DNA from: Octopus vulgaris
Lineage: Eukaryota
Reading direction: 5' to 3'
Length of the DNA stretch: 64,000 nt
Assembly (NCBI GenBank): GCA_951406725.2
Contig: OX597816.1
Coordinates: 162,812,001 to 162,876,000, forward strand
Shown here one piece after another: positions 1 through 9,944 of this stretch (position 1 is its first letter; each line of letters opens with the position of its first letter). Below the pieces are notes generated by a model. The model saw only the letters and a program-made list of their open reading frames with translations, had not been told where the DNA came from and searched no databases. Both the position numbers and the translations under genes were made by a program.

Positions 1-53
1 GAACTCGGAACCATGTGACTGATAAGCAAGCTACTTACCACACAGCCGCGCCT
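1..53 (-). mobile_element. SINE-B 5' head (tRNA-derived), cut by the window edge
   Basis: Reverse complement reads AGGCGCGGCTGTGTGGTAAGTAGCTTGCTTATCAGTCACATGGTTCCGAGTTC, the head seen in the other SINE-B copies. Confidence 0.8.
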
Positions 54-384
54 AAAGAAATTGTACGACTCTACCGCAATGTATCATCAAAAGATGAGTT
101 TATATTAGCAGAAGACGATGCATTGTTATGTTAGCAGAAAGCTCCAGAATGACAGTAACTTTAATAATCAACGGACCAACAACCGGATTACTGACTTTCA
201 CTTCGAGGGGTACTCATTTGCCATGCAGGAACAAGAAATAGCAACCAAATACCTGATGCACAAAAGGACAGAGACGCAGGAAAAACTTCAATGCAGTGTT
301 GACACCGAATATATCACCCACACCATAAGCAGTTACCCAAAAATAGATAATACCGCGATGTCATTTTTGGGCAACTGCTTTTGG

Positions 385-562
385 GCGACTGCCGTTACAT
401 TCTGAGTTCAAATTCCGCCGAGGTTGACTTTGCCTTTCATCCTTTCGGGGTCGATAAATTACGTACCAGTTACGCACTGGGGTCGATATAATTGACTTAA
501 TCCATTTGTCTGTCCTTGTTTGTCCCCTCTGTGTTTAGCCCCATGTGGGTAGTAAAGAAATA
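385..562 (+). mobile_element. SINE-A, 5'-truncated
   Basis: Box B-like GAGTTCAAATTCC, core GACTTTGCCTTTCATCCTTTCGGGGTCGATAAA, tail GTGGGTAGTAAAGAAATA. Confidence 0.9.
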
Positions 563-678
563 GGTATTATCTACCGATAAGACATGACGTTGTATGACAT
601 CTGTCGGAAGGATAATCCTAAGGCGAGAGATATAACGCACGATATGGTAGAGGTCATAAGAACCCACGGTATGGTAAC

Positions 679-909
679 GGGCGGTGAGCTGGCAGAATCG
701 TTAGCACACCGGGCGAAATGCTTGCGGTATTTCGTCTGCCACTACGTTCTGAGTTCAAATTCCGCCGAGGTCGACTTTGCCTTTCATCCTTTCTGGGTCG
801 ATTGAATAGTTACCAGTTACGCACTGGGATCGATATAATCGACTTAATCCGTTTGTCTATCCTTGTTTGTCCTCTCTGTGTTTAGCCCCTTGTGGGTAGT
901 AAAGAAATA
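679..909 (+). mobile_element. SINE-A, full length, with 9-bp TSD GGTATGGTA
   Basis: Head GGCGGTGAGCTGGCAGAATCGTTAGC, box B, core and tail; GGTATGGTA at 668-676 and 910-918. Confidence 0.9.
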
Positions 910-1496
910 GGTATGGTAGAGGCTATAGCCACTCAGTTTGAAAGAATATTGGTAGAATGTCCTAGTGAAAACCTCAATAGAACCTAAACGTAATAAACCT
1001 GACATAATGATTTGGGAAGAAAAGAGAAACTTTGCAGAAATCAGTTGCTCAGCGGATGTCAACATAAAGCTGAAGTTCAGTGTAAAAGAAAACATCTACG
1101 TTGAGCTATTGAGAAATTTATTGTCACTCTACCTGGATTTCAAGTCCGGATTTATACCTGTAATTATTGGAGCACTGGAATATGTAACAAACTGCTTAAG
1201 CACCAATCTTGATAAATTAGGCTTCCCAAAAGCAAACAGGCGAAAGGTAATTAGAAGATTACAGATTCAAACTATCGGTGGAACTATCAAAATTTGTAAG
1301 ACTTCCCAGAAGTTTATTATTTAAGTATACATGCTCTCATGTCTAGATATGCAACTATATGCATGAGAATACATACATAAAACAAAACACAAATCTTCAT
1401 ATGCATTGTCGCTAAATATTATACACAAACACTAAAACATACAGAAATATCCTGTTCTAGTTGTTGAAATTACAATAAAGGAAACCTTGAATCTGG

Positions 1497-1812
1497 GTTA
1501 CAAATGGAGATAGACAGCGTTAGGCTTTGATATAAATATATTTACATGGCGCACAAAAACAAAAAAAAAATATACAGAATAAAAGTACAGAATAAGATAA
1601 GAAGATATGTAATGGAGTTTGCCAATCTTCTCTTGGTGAAGGAAGTCAGACCTACTGCAATATCTCCATGCGACTGGTTTCCGGTTATATACCCGTGACT
1701 TTTTGCACATTTCATCTGCAATTTATGATCTTTACGGTTATTATGTCACTCCGAGCACCCTGAAGCAGCTCTCAAGTTATGAATTTACATATTTTCTTCA
1801 CTCTCTCTTTAC
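1497..1812 (-). mobile_element. Possible solo LTR or other insertion ending the R4-like 3' UTR
   Basis: Minus strand begins TGTAAAG and ends TTTGTAAC, with a TATA-like TATATAAC inside. It breaks the R4-like UTR at GGTTA. No TSD confirmed. Confidence 0.3.
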
Positions 1813-1845
1813 ATACACACACACACGTACACACGTGCGCGCGCT

Positions 1846-1897
<52 letters not shown>

Positions 1898-1898
<1 letters not shown>

Positions 1899-2060
1899 GC
1901 CGGGCTTCTTACAGTTTCTGTGCACAAGACTATGGTCAACCCTAGGTGTGTAGTAGAAGACTACAAAACTACAAGTAGAAGACTACATGATGTCACGTAT
2001 TGGGACTGATCCCGGGACCATATGATTGGCAAGCAGACTTCTCAGCCATATAGCCACTCA
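1898..2060 (-). mobile_element. SINE-B 5' half, degenerate
   Basis: Similarity to the SINE-B head and body (GGGCTTCTTACAGTTTC...GGAACCATATG-like). Confidence 0.65.
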
Positions 2061-2074
2061 CAGAAGCACATGTA

Positions 2075-2360
2075 CTCTTCTATTTTTAATTCTCTGAACC
2101 CTTCCTGCAAAGAAGGAACTGGTTTGTTACAAAGACGTAAAGCACCATTGCATATATTCTCTTCCGTTTTTAATCATTCACATTCTTCTCCTGAAGGAGA
2201 TACAAAGCTCCAATCGTTGGAATGTATAATCAATGTCATATTTTAAACTTAAGAAAAATCTTGCATATATTTACTGCTCCACTTACAGATTGTATTAATA
2301 CTAAGCGAGTTGGGCGATGCTTTTTTTCTGAAAACCCAGGTATACCCAGAGTCTCAGACC
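2075..2360 (-). mobile_element. Diverged R4/Dong-like LINE 3' fragment
   Basis: Translation GFSEKKHRPTRLVLIQSVSGAVNICKIFLKF parallels GFSK..RRKLIRRLQIQSITGTVKICKTFQKF of the other copies. Confidence 0.6.
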
Positions 2361-2392
2361 AATTGCACCGGTCATTATTGGGGTAAATATGC

Positions 2393-2570
2393 AAGCGGTG
2401 AGCTGGCAGAATCGTTAGCACGCTGAACGAAATGTTTAGCGGTATTTCGCCCGTCGCTACGTTCTGAGTTCAAATTCCGCCGAGCTCGACTTTGCCTTTC
2501 ATTCTTCCGGTCAATAAACTGAGTACCAGTAAAACACTGGGGTCGATGTAATTTACTAGTCGCCTTCCCC
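2393..2570 (+). mobile_element. SINE-A related copy (older subfamily)
   Basis: Same head, box B and core as 679-909, with a divergent 3' part. Confidence 0.8.
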
Positions 2571-2580
2571 CAACAATGTC

Positions 2581-2884
2581 AGATGGCCTAGTGGTTAGAG
2601 CAGCGGACTCGAGGTCGAGGGATCGCGGGTTCGAATCTCAGACCGGGCGATGTGTGTGTTTATGAGCGAAACTCCTAAGCTCCACGCGGCTCCGGCCGAA
2701 GGTAATGGCGAACTTCCACTAACTCTTTTATCACAACTTTCTCTCACTCTTTCCTCCTGCATCTTGCAGCTCACCTGCGACGGACCGGCGTCCCGTCCAG
2801 GTTGGAAAACTATATGCCAAGGAAACCGGCGCTTATGAGCCAGGCATGGCTCGAGAAGGAACAAACAACAACAACAACAACAAT
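2581..2884 (+). mobile_element. tRNA-derived SINE with V-domain-like core and (CAA)n tail
   Basis: Box A TGGCCTAGTGG, box B GGTTCGAATC, internal CCTGCGACGGACCGGCGTCCCGTCCAGG resembling the V-SINE domain, (AAC)n tail. Confidence 0.7.
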
Positions 2885-2984
2885 AAATTCAAACCTTGTG
2901 TCTGTAGTACAAAGCATTATTGGTATATATGTGAATTTATAATCTGGATATAGAAGCTGGAAATTTCAAATATATACTTAATCC

Positions 2985-3192
2985 AAACATGAACAAAGAA
3001 AAATCACCACAACTCGCGGATGAGGAATAGGTATAGTGTTATTGGACGCTCAGGAAAGGAAAGAAAGAAGGAGGATTTAACGTTTCGAGCGGAGCTCTTC
3101 GTCAGAAATATAGAAAAAAGGAAAAGTCCAAGGAAGGGAAGGCGGAGTAAAAAAAATTGCCATCGATACAGACGCGGTCACATAAGAAGTCC

Positions 3193-3195
<3 letters not shown>
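2985..3195 (-). mobile_element. (TA)n-adjacent short element 'family D', probable Penelope-like terminal repeat carrying a hammerhead motif
   Basis: Homologous to 14555-14675, 14915-15160 and 33265-33410; contains CTGACGA...GAAAC...GTC. Confidence 0.6.
3040..3111 (-). ncRNA. Type I hammerhead ribozyme-like motif
   Basis: Minus strand: AUAUUU CUGACGA A GAGC-UCC-GCUC GAA ACGUU..(pyrimidine loop)..AGCGU C CAAUA. Stems II and III pair; stem I has a mismatch at the first pair. Confidence 0.6.
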
Positions 3196-3245
<50 letters not shown>

Positions 3246-3248
3246 TAA

Positions 3249-3332
<84 letters not shown>

Positions 3333-3340
<8 letters not shown>

Positions 3341-3488
3341 ATTAGGGCTTAGTAAAATAAATTACTTTGCCACATACTGAACTTACTAGAAATAGCAGCC
3401 AAAAAAAAGCTTTTTTTTTTGGCTGCTATTTCTAGTAAGTTCAGTATGTGGCAAAGTAATTTATTTTACTAAGCCCTAATTATATAAT
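3333..3488. repeat. Near-perfect ~155-bp palindrome between (TA)n tracts
   Basis: 3333-3408 is the reverse complement of 3411-3488; centre A8-GC-T10. Confidence 0.95.
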
Positions 3489-3581
3489 GTAATATTTTGA
3501 ATTCGCCTTAAATGGTCCTTTTACATACCGAATACTTGGTGAAATTGATTAATAACTAATTAATTTTACCCTCAATTGTTG

Positions 3582-3609
<28 letters not shown>

Positions 3610-3612
<3 letters not shown>

Positions 3613-5322
3613 TTTGATTTTTCCAGTTTCAGCTAATGAGCTGTGGCCATGCTGGGGCACCGCCATTTGGTTTGCTACACGGGTTTACCTCACGGATGCT
3701 TTTTAGCAAACGCCATCTGATGCATGAGAGAGTTCGATGCAGCTGCCCTCATCTGCACCTCCTGCCGTGAAGTTGGTTCATCCGGGACACCTGACAGGAA
3801 GAGATCCAGTCCTACTTTAAAGACATCCGCATCTACACCATGCAGGTCCCTCAGGTTCTTCGGGAGGACATTGAAGAGCTGTGGGCCTCTGAAGCCCAGG
3901 CTATCACAATATCTTGTCCTACATCTTGATGGCAAATTTGGAGTCCTTGGTACTACGCAGTTGCATCCGGTTCTGGCGTTTGTGTGACTCTCGATGCCAA
4001 AGTCTGGGACAAGACCTTCCAGGATCTTTCAGATATATATTATGGCATATCTTTCTCGCCTACGCTCCAGGGAATAGAGCTTTAATCTCTTGAGTCTCTC
4101 CCAGTAGCTCGTATGCTGCACAGAGGCTATCTTCTTCGTGTAGCTTCGTTGGATCGCCTCAAGTTCTGTGATCAACTTGACACTGGATGGTGACCATAGC
4201 TGAGAGCAATAGTCAAAGTGGCTTAGGACAAGTGTCTTCCAGAGGACCATCATGGTTTCTTGTTCTCTTGTTCTAAAGGTTCTAAGAATCCATCCAGCCA
4301 GCCGTCTGCATTTCATTGTCAGTTTAGCAACATGTACATGAAAGGTCGCGTCATCACTCATGTGAATACCCAGGTCACGCACTGATTGTGCCTCTGGGAT
4401 TGCAATCCCTCCGGGTCCAGTGTATTCATTGGGTATTGCATTCAGTTTTGCATGCTGATAGTATAAAGCTTGAAACTTTTCAGCATTGAACTGCATGCTA
4501 TTCTTTTCAGCCCACTTGTATATTTCGTCCAGCTCACATTGCAGGTGCTTAATGTCTTCAGGGTTCTGTATTGCCTGTGAAACTTTTGTATCATCTGCAT
4601 AACTTGTGATCGTGGCTCTCCGCGTGGCTGAGGGCATGTCTGAGAGGGCCATTATGAACAGTAGTGGTCCCAAAACAGTGCCCTGTGGAACACTGCTCAC
4701 TATTTGCGTGCTAATGGAAGTGGCCCCATTGGCTGCTACCACCTGACTTCTATTCTTCAGAAAGTCATGAAGCCATTCTCCTAGTTTTCCAACTATGCCA
4801 AGATCACGCAGTTTGTGACATATCATTCCATGATCGACTTTATCGAAGGCCTTTGCGAAGTCGAGATATATGACTTCCACATTTGAGTGGTTGAGCAGTT
4901 GTTTCAGCACCCAGTCATAGTGCTGCAGGAGCTGAGTTAAGCAGCTTCTTCCTGGTCGGAAACCATGTTGGGTGTCAGGCAGCAAGTCATTTTCTTCAAG
5001 GAAGGTGATTAGTTTCCTTCTGACTATTCGTTCCATGACCTTGCTGATGTGTGAGGTCAGAGAGATAGGTCTGTAGTTCTTGGCCTCCGCTCTGCTACCT
5101 CCTTTATGAATAGGGCATGTTTTACCTTCCTTCAGTTTTCTTGGAAGTTTGCCAGCTGCAAGGAAGCTCTGAAAGAGGAACTGCAGTGGTCTTGCTAGGA
5201 CTCTCTTACATACTTTTAGGAGGATTGCCGGGAATCCATCGGGGCCAATAGCTGAGTCTGTTTTTATTTCATCTATAGCCTTTATTACATCGTCTTCCTT
5301 TATATCGATGTAATTTATCGAT
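3610..5322 (-). mobile_element. CR1/L2-like LINE, 5'-truncated: RT domain + 3' end, one premature stop
   Basis: GPDG, NYRPISLTS, QHGFRPGRSC, YLDFAKAFDKVDH, VPQGTVLGPLLF, YADD. The TGA at 4029-4031 replaces the Trp seen in the 60745 copy (YIWKILE), and the frame continues to 3690. Flanked by (TA)n on both sides. Confidence 0.9.
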
Positions 5323-5334
5323 ATATATATGTAG

Positions 5335-5365
<31 letters not shown>

Positions 5366-5610
5366 TAGATATATGTGTGTGCGCGTGTGTGTGTGTGTGC
5401 GTGTATGTTTGTGTGTCTGTGCTTGTCCTCCAACATCGCTTGACAACCGATGGTGGTGTGTTTACGTCCTCGTAACTTAGCGGTTCGGCAAAAAAGACCG
5501 CTAAAATAAGTACTAGGCATCCAAAGAATAAGTCCTGGGGTTGCTTTCCTCGACTGAAGGCGGTGCTCCAGCATGGCCACATTCAAATGACTGAAACATG
5601 TAAAAGAATA
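5323..5610 (+). mobile_element. SINE-B 3' half
   Basis: (TA)n(TG)n, then CATCGCTTGACAACCGATG...GGCGGTGCTCCAGCATGGCC...GACTGAAAC tail. Confidence 0.85.
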
Positions 5611-5738
5611 TACAATTCTGCATTTCAAATACCTTCTATGGAAGATCATCAGGGTGTACAAAGGACACTAGAAGGATTACATGAAGATACGTTTGGTATA
5701 TTCATGTGTATATATTCCAAGCGTAGTCTGTGCATATA

Positions 5739-5810
<72 letters not shown>

Positions 5811-5867
5811 TGTCCTATAGTCTGTACATATATGCGTGCGTGTGTGCGTAATTTCTTCACGGTATTC

Positions 5868-6359
5868 CTTTATTCTTTTACTTGTTTCAGTCATTTGACT
5901 GCGGCCGTGCTGGAGCACCGCCTTTAGTCGAACAAATTGACCCCATTACTTATTCTTTGTAAGACTAGTACTTATTCTATCGGTCTCTTTTGCCGAACCG
6001 CCAGATTACAGGGGCGTAAACACACCAACATCGAATGCCAGGCGATGGTGGGAGGACAAATACAGACACACAAATAGACACACACACACACGCACACACA
6101 CACACACACACATACATTCGCTGCTTTCTATCAAGGAATCTAATGTTCTTAGCTTACTTTTTCCATGGGGCTGGCCAGATTGGAGCAATCTCAAGTATAA
6201 TCAGCCAAACTTGCGAAGATAATCTGGTACTTGACTGAGGAAAGAACTTCTTATGACCCCCTCCTCGTTTTCTTTGCATCGTCTATCTGGATGTTTTGTT
6301 GTCCCATTTATGTATCACCTAACTGTTCGGATGTTTTGCGTTCTTCTCCCATTTTGTAT

Positions 6360-6408
<49 letters not shown>

Positions 6409-6449
6409 CGGCGTACGTACACTATGGTCTCTCTCTCCTCTCTCTCTCT

Positions 6450-6480
<31 letters not shown>

Positions 6481-6485
6481 CCTCC

Positions 6486-6565
<80 letters not shown>

Positions 6566-6720
6566 CGGGCTACTTTTAGCTTCCGTTAACCAAATCCACT
6601 CACAACGCCTTGGTCGGCCCGAAGCTATAGTAGGAGACACTTGCCCAAGGTGCCACGCAGTGGGACTGGACCCGGAACCATGTGGTTGGGAAGCAAGCTA
6701 CTTACCACAAAGCCACTCCT
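5868..6720 (-). mobile_element. SINE-B split by insertion(s) in its internal microsatellite
   Basis: 3' half at 5868-6116, 5' half at ~6563-6720, foreign sequence and microsatellites between. Confidence 0.85.
6117..6360 (+). mobile_element. (TA)n-embedded short element 'family C'
   Basis: GGCTGGCCAGATTGGAGCAATCTC..GACTGAGGAAAGAA..GTCTATCTGGATGTT, shared with five other copies in the window. Confidence 0.75.
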
Positions 6721-6826
6721 GCATGAATAATTGTAAGAAATTATAGTTTAGGGTAAGAAATATATTCTTCATAATGTAATCTGCTGTCTTCTCTGTCTCA
6801 ACCAGCCTCTCTCTCTCTCTCTCGCA

Positions 6827-6874
<48 letters not shown>

Positions 6875-7579
6875 TGTAGACTTTATAATCGTAATAGTTC
6901 TTCTACAAGATTTTCTTCTGCAAGATTCGGTAAATTCTAGCACTAGAACATAATTCAATCAATATTCACACTGTACACTTCAGACGTAACGTAACTCGAC
7001 GTGTATATATATATTTTGATTTCCGTCCGCACGTCTGTCTTGCACACTCCCCCCCACTCTTTCTTTCTCTTTCTCTTTTATCCTCCCTCCTTTCGTCTGC
7101 GATTGTATATGCATATGCACACACACAGACGTGCGCATACATACACACACACGCGCTCACATACACAGACACACACATTCGCATTGACAAACGCAGATAC
7201 ACACTCGCACACACATACAAACGCTCGCACACACATACACACAGACATACATAGACACGAGTGTGCACCCACATACACTCATACATACACACACACGCAT
7301 ACAAACACACACACACACGCACACACACTGACAAACACAGACACACGGGCACGCATACACACACATACAAGCACACACACAGACACAGACACACGGGCAC
7401 GCATACACACACATGCAAACACACACACAGACACAGTCACAGACAGACACACGCATGCATTCACTCAAACAGGCACACACAAACACACACTGACACAAGA
7501 ACACACACACAAGCACACACATACGCATACAGATAAAGACACACACAGCCAAATACACACTCGCGCGCATCTTTTTTTT

Positions 7580-7808
7580 TTATCTCATCTTTTACTTATT
7601 GCAGTCATTAGACGACGACAGCCATGCTGGAGCAATGCCATGACATATTTAGGCTAATGAATCGACGGCAGTACTTATTTTTTTAAAGCCTGATACTTAT
7701 TCTTTCGACCCTTTTGTCAGACCGCAAGATTACAGGGACGAAAACACACCTACACCGGTTATCAAGTGGTGGTGAGGTACAAATGCAGATAGATATACAC
7801 ATACACGT
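7580..7808 (-). mobile_element. SINE-B 3' half, diverged
   Basis: CAGTCATTAGAC..GCCATGCTGGAGCA..TACTTATTC..ACACCGGTTATCAAG. Confidence 0.65.
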
Positions 7809-7900
7809 ATGGCCACAGCCTTAGGGCTGAAACAGATAATACATACATACACACATACATACATATATACACACATATATATATATATATATATGTATGT

Positions 7901-7980
<80 letters not shown>

Positions 7981-7982
<2 letters not shown>

Positions 7983-8205
7983 AGATGTACTCGCATAGCA
8001 AGTAATTTGATCTGAGATCGTGTGCTGAAACGAAAACAATTGCAGCGTGGAAGGTGTTTATAAGCCATTTAAGAAACACACAAAAGCCGTTCGATTCACT
8101 CCAACATTTAAGTTTAATTTGTCAAAATATTTTCGTCGCTAAAATCCGCGACCTGTTCACTGACAAAAATCCGTGCTGCATCTAAGAAAGTAACAGTTAG
8201 TTCGT
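7981..8205 (-). mobile_element. Short element between (TA)n tracts, probable Penelope-like terminal fragment
   Basis: Complex-sequence island flanked on both sides by (TA)n-type repeats; contains a hammerhead-shaped motif. Confidence 0.5.
8118..8167 (-). ncRNA. Minimal type I hammerhead-like motif with G3-C8 variant core
   Basis: UUUGUCA GUGAACA G GUCGC-GGAUUUUA-GCGAC GAAA AUAUU U UGACAAA: 7-bp stem I, 5-bp stem II, palindromic stem III. Confidence 0.55.
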
Positions 8206-8296
8206 CATATATATGTACGTATGTATGTGTGTATGTATGCATACATGTGTGTATGTATGTACGTATATATATATGTATGTATATATATATAAAATA

Positions 8297-8372
<76 letters not shown>

Positions 8373-8383
8373 ATATATATATG

Positions 8384-8511
<128 letters not shown>

Positions 8512-8702
8512 AATTGAGATAGGGGTTGTAAATGCAACCCTCCATGGGATAACATATATCCAATATACTGCTAGTGAAGTACCCAACAAAGTTAATACAT
8601 AAATGTTAAGGATTTCGCTGCAATCAATTCATTTACTGTATTATATGGGCAAAGGTAAAATGATTTACCACAAATTACTAATACAACTCCATTTCCTTAT
8701 CT

Positions 8703-8769
<67 letters not shown>

Positions 8770-9175
8770 GTATATGTACAGGACGCTACCAACGGTGCAA
8801 ACGAGTTAAATACGTAAACAACGAGAGAGAAAAAAAGAGAACAGGACAAGTAAACACAGAGAAAGGAGCATTCATCAGTTGTCGGCTGTCTATCTACTCC
8901 TCATTTCGAGCATTCAACGACAATATTAGTCTTCAAAGATAGTTGCTCCCATAAATCCTAAAATAAATTGTAGGATTTATGGAGGGTAAAAGTTGGGAAC
9001 AAAAACAGGATAGTGGAGGCATATAAGGAAACCGAACGAAAACAAAGATAGAAGGTCATTAGACCAGAACGAGAGGGAAATAACGGTTGACGAAATATCT
9101 TTTTTGAAAAGGGAAAAGTTATATATGTATATATAATGACTGCAATAAGTAAAAAATTGAGATAAAGAAAAAGAT

Positions 9176-9342
9176 AGGCGCATGAGTAAGTAGCTTGCTT
9201 ACCAACCACATGGTTCCGGGTTCAGTCCCACTGTGTGGCACCTTGGACAAGTGTCTTCTACTATAGCCTCGGGCCGACCAAAGCCTTGTGAGTGGATTTG
9301 GTAGACGGAAACTGAAAGGAGCCCGTCGTATATATGTATATG

Positions 9343-9387
<45 letters not shown>

Positions 9388-9590
9388 TTGTGTGTCTGTG
9401 TTTGTCACCACCACCCCCTAATATCGCTTGACAACCGATGCTGATGTGTTTAAGTCCCCGTAACTTAGCGGTTCGGCAAAAGAGACTGATGGAATAAGTA
9501 GTAGGCTTACAAAGAATAAGTCCTGGGGTCGATTTGCTCGACTAAAGGCCGCAGTCAAATGAATGAAACAAGTAAATGAGTAAAAGAGTA
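9176..9590 (+). mobile_element. SINE-B, near full length
   Basis: Head, internal (TA)/(TG) tract and tail all present. Confidence 0.9.
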
Positions 9591-9882
9591 TGTATGTATA
9601 TATGTATGCATGCATGCATGTATGTATGTGCAGATTTGTATATTTTATGTATATATTCTCATGCATAGAGTTATATATCTAGACATGCTCATATATATTT
9701 AAATGATAAACTTGAGTAAAGTTTTACAGATTTTTACAGTTCCAGTGATGGCTTGGATCTGTAGTCTTCGAATTTGCTTTCAATTTTCTGGTTTTGAGAA
9801 GCCTAATTTCTCAAGATCTGTATTTAGGCAGTTTGTTAAATATCCCAGAGGCCCAATAATTACAGGTATAAACCTGAACTTG
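9590..9882 (-). mobile_element. R4/Dong-like LINE 3' fragment
   Basis: YKFRFIPVIIGPLGYLTNCLNTDLEKLGFSKPE plus 3' UTR; 5' junction lies in CATA-type repeats. Confidence 0.8.
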
Positions 9883-9944
9883 TATGTATGTGTGTGCGTG
9901 TATGTTATGTATGTATGTATACATGAGTGTGTGAATATGAATAT

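Larger units (their letters stand above)
54..1496 (+). mobile_element. Degraded R4/Dong-like non-LTR retrotransposon 3' part (restriction-like endonuclease domain + 3' UTR), interrupted by two SINE-A insertions
   Basis: Translations HFEGYSFAMQEQEIATKYLMHKR (118-405), RYYLPIRHDVV remnant (~563-595) and NKPDIMIW..EISC..NIKLK..KENIY..FIPVIIGAL (965-1324) resemble the PD-(D/E)xK RLE C-terminus. The same 3' end recurs at 9590-9882, 16770-17186 and 58007-58369. Confidence 0.75.

Noticed and set aside
5323-5582. N-terminal part of the 517-aa ORF 4029-5582
   Set aside because: It is antisense SINE-B plus (TA)n read-through; only the part below ~5322 is reverse transcriptase.
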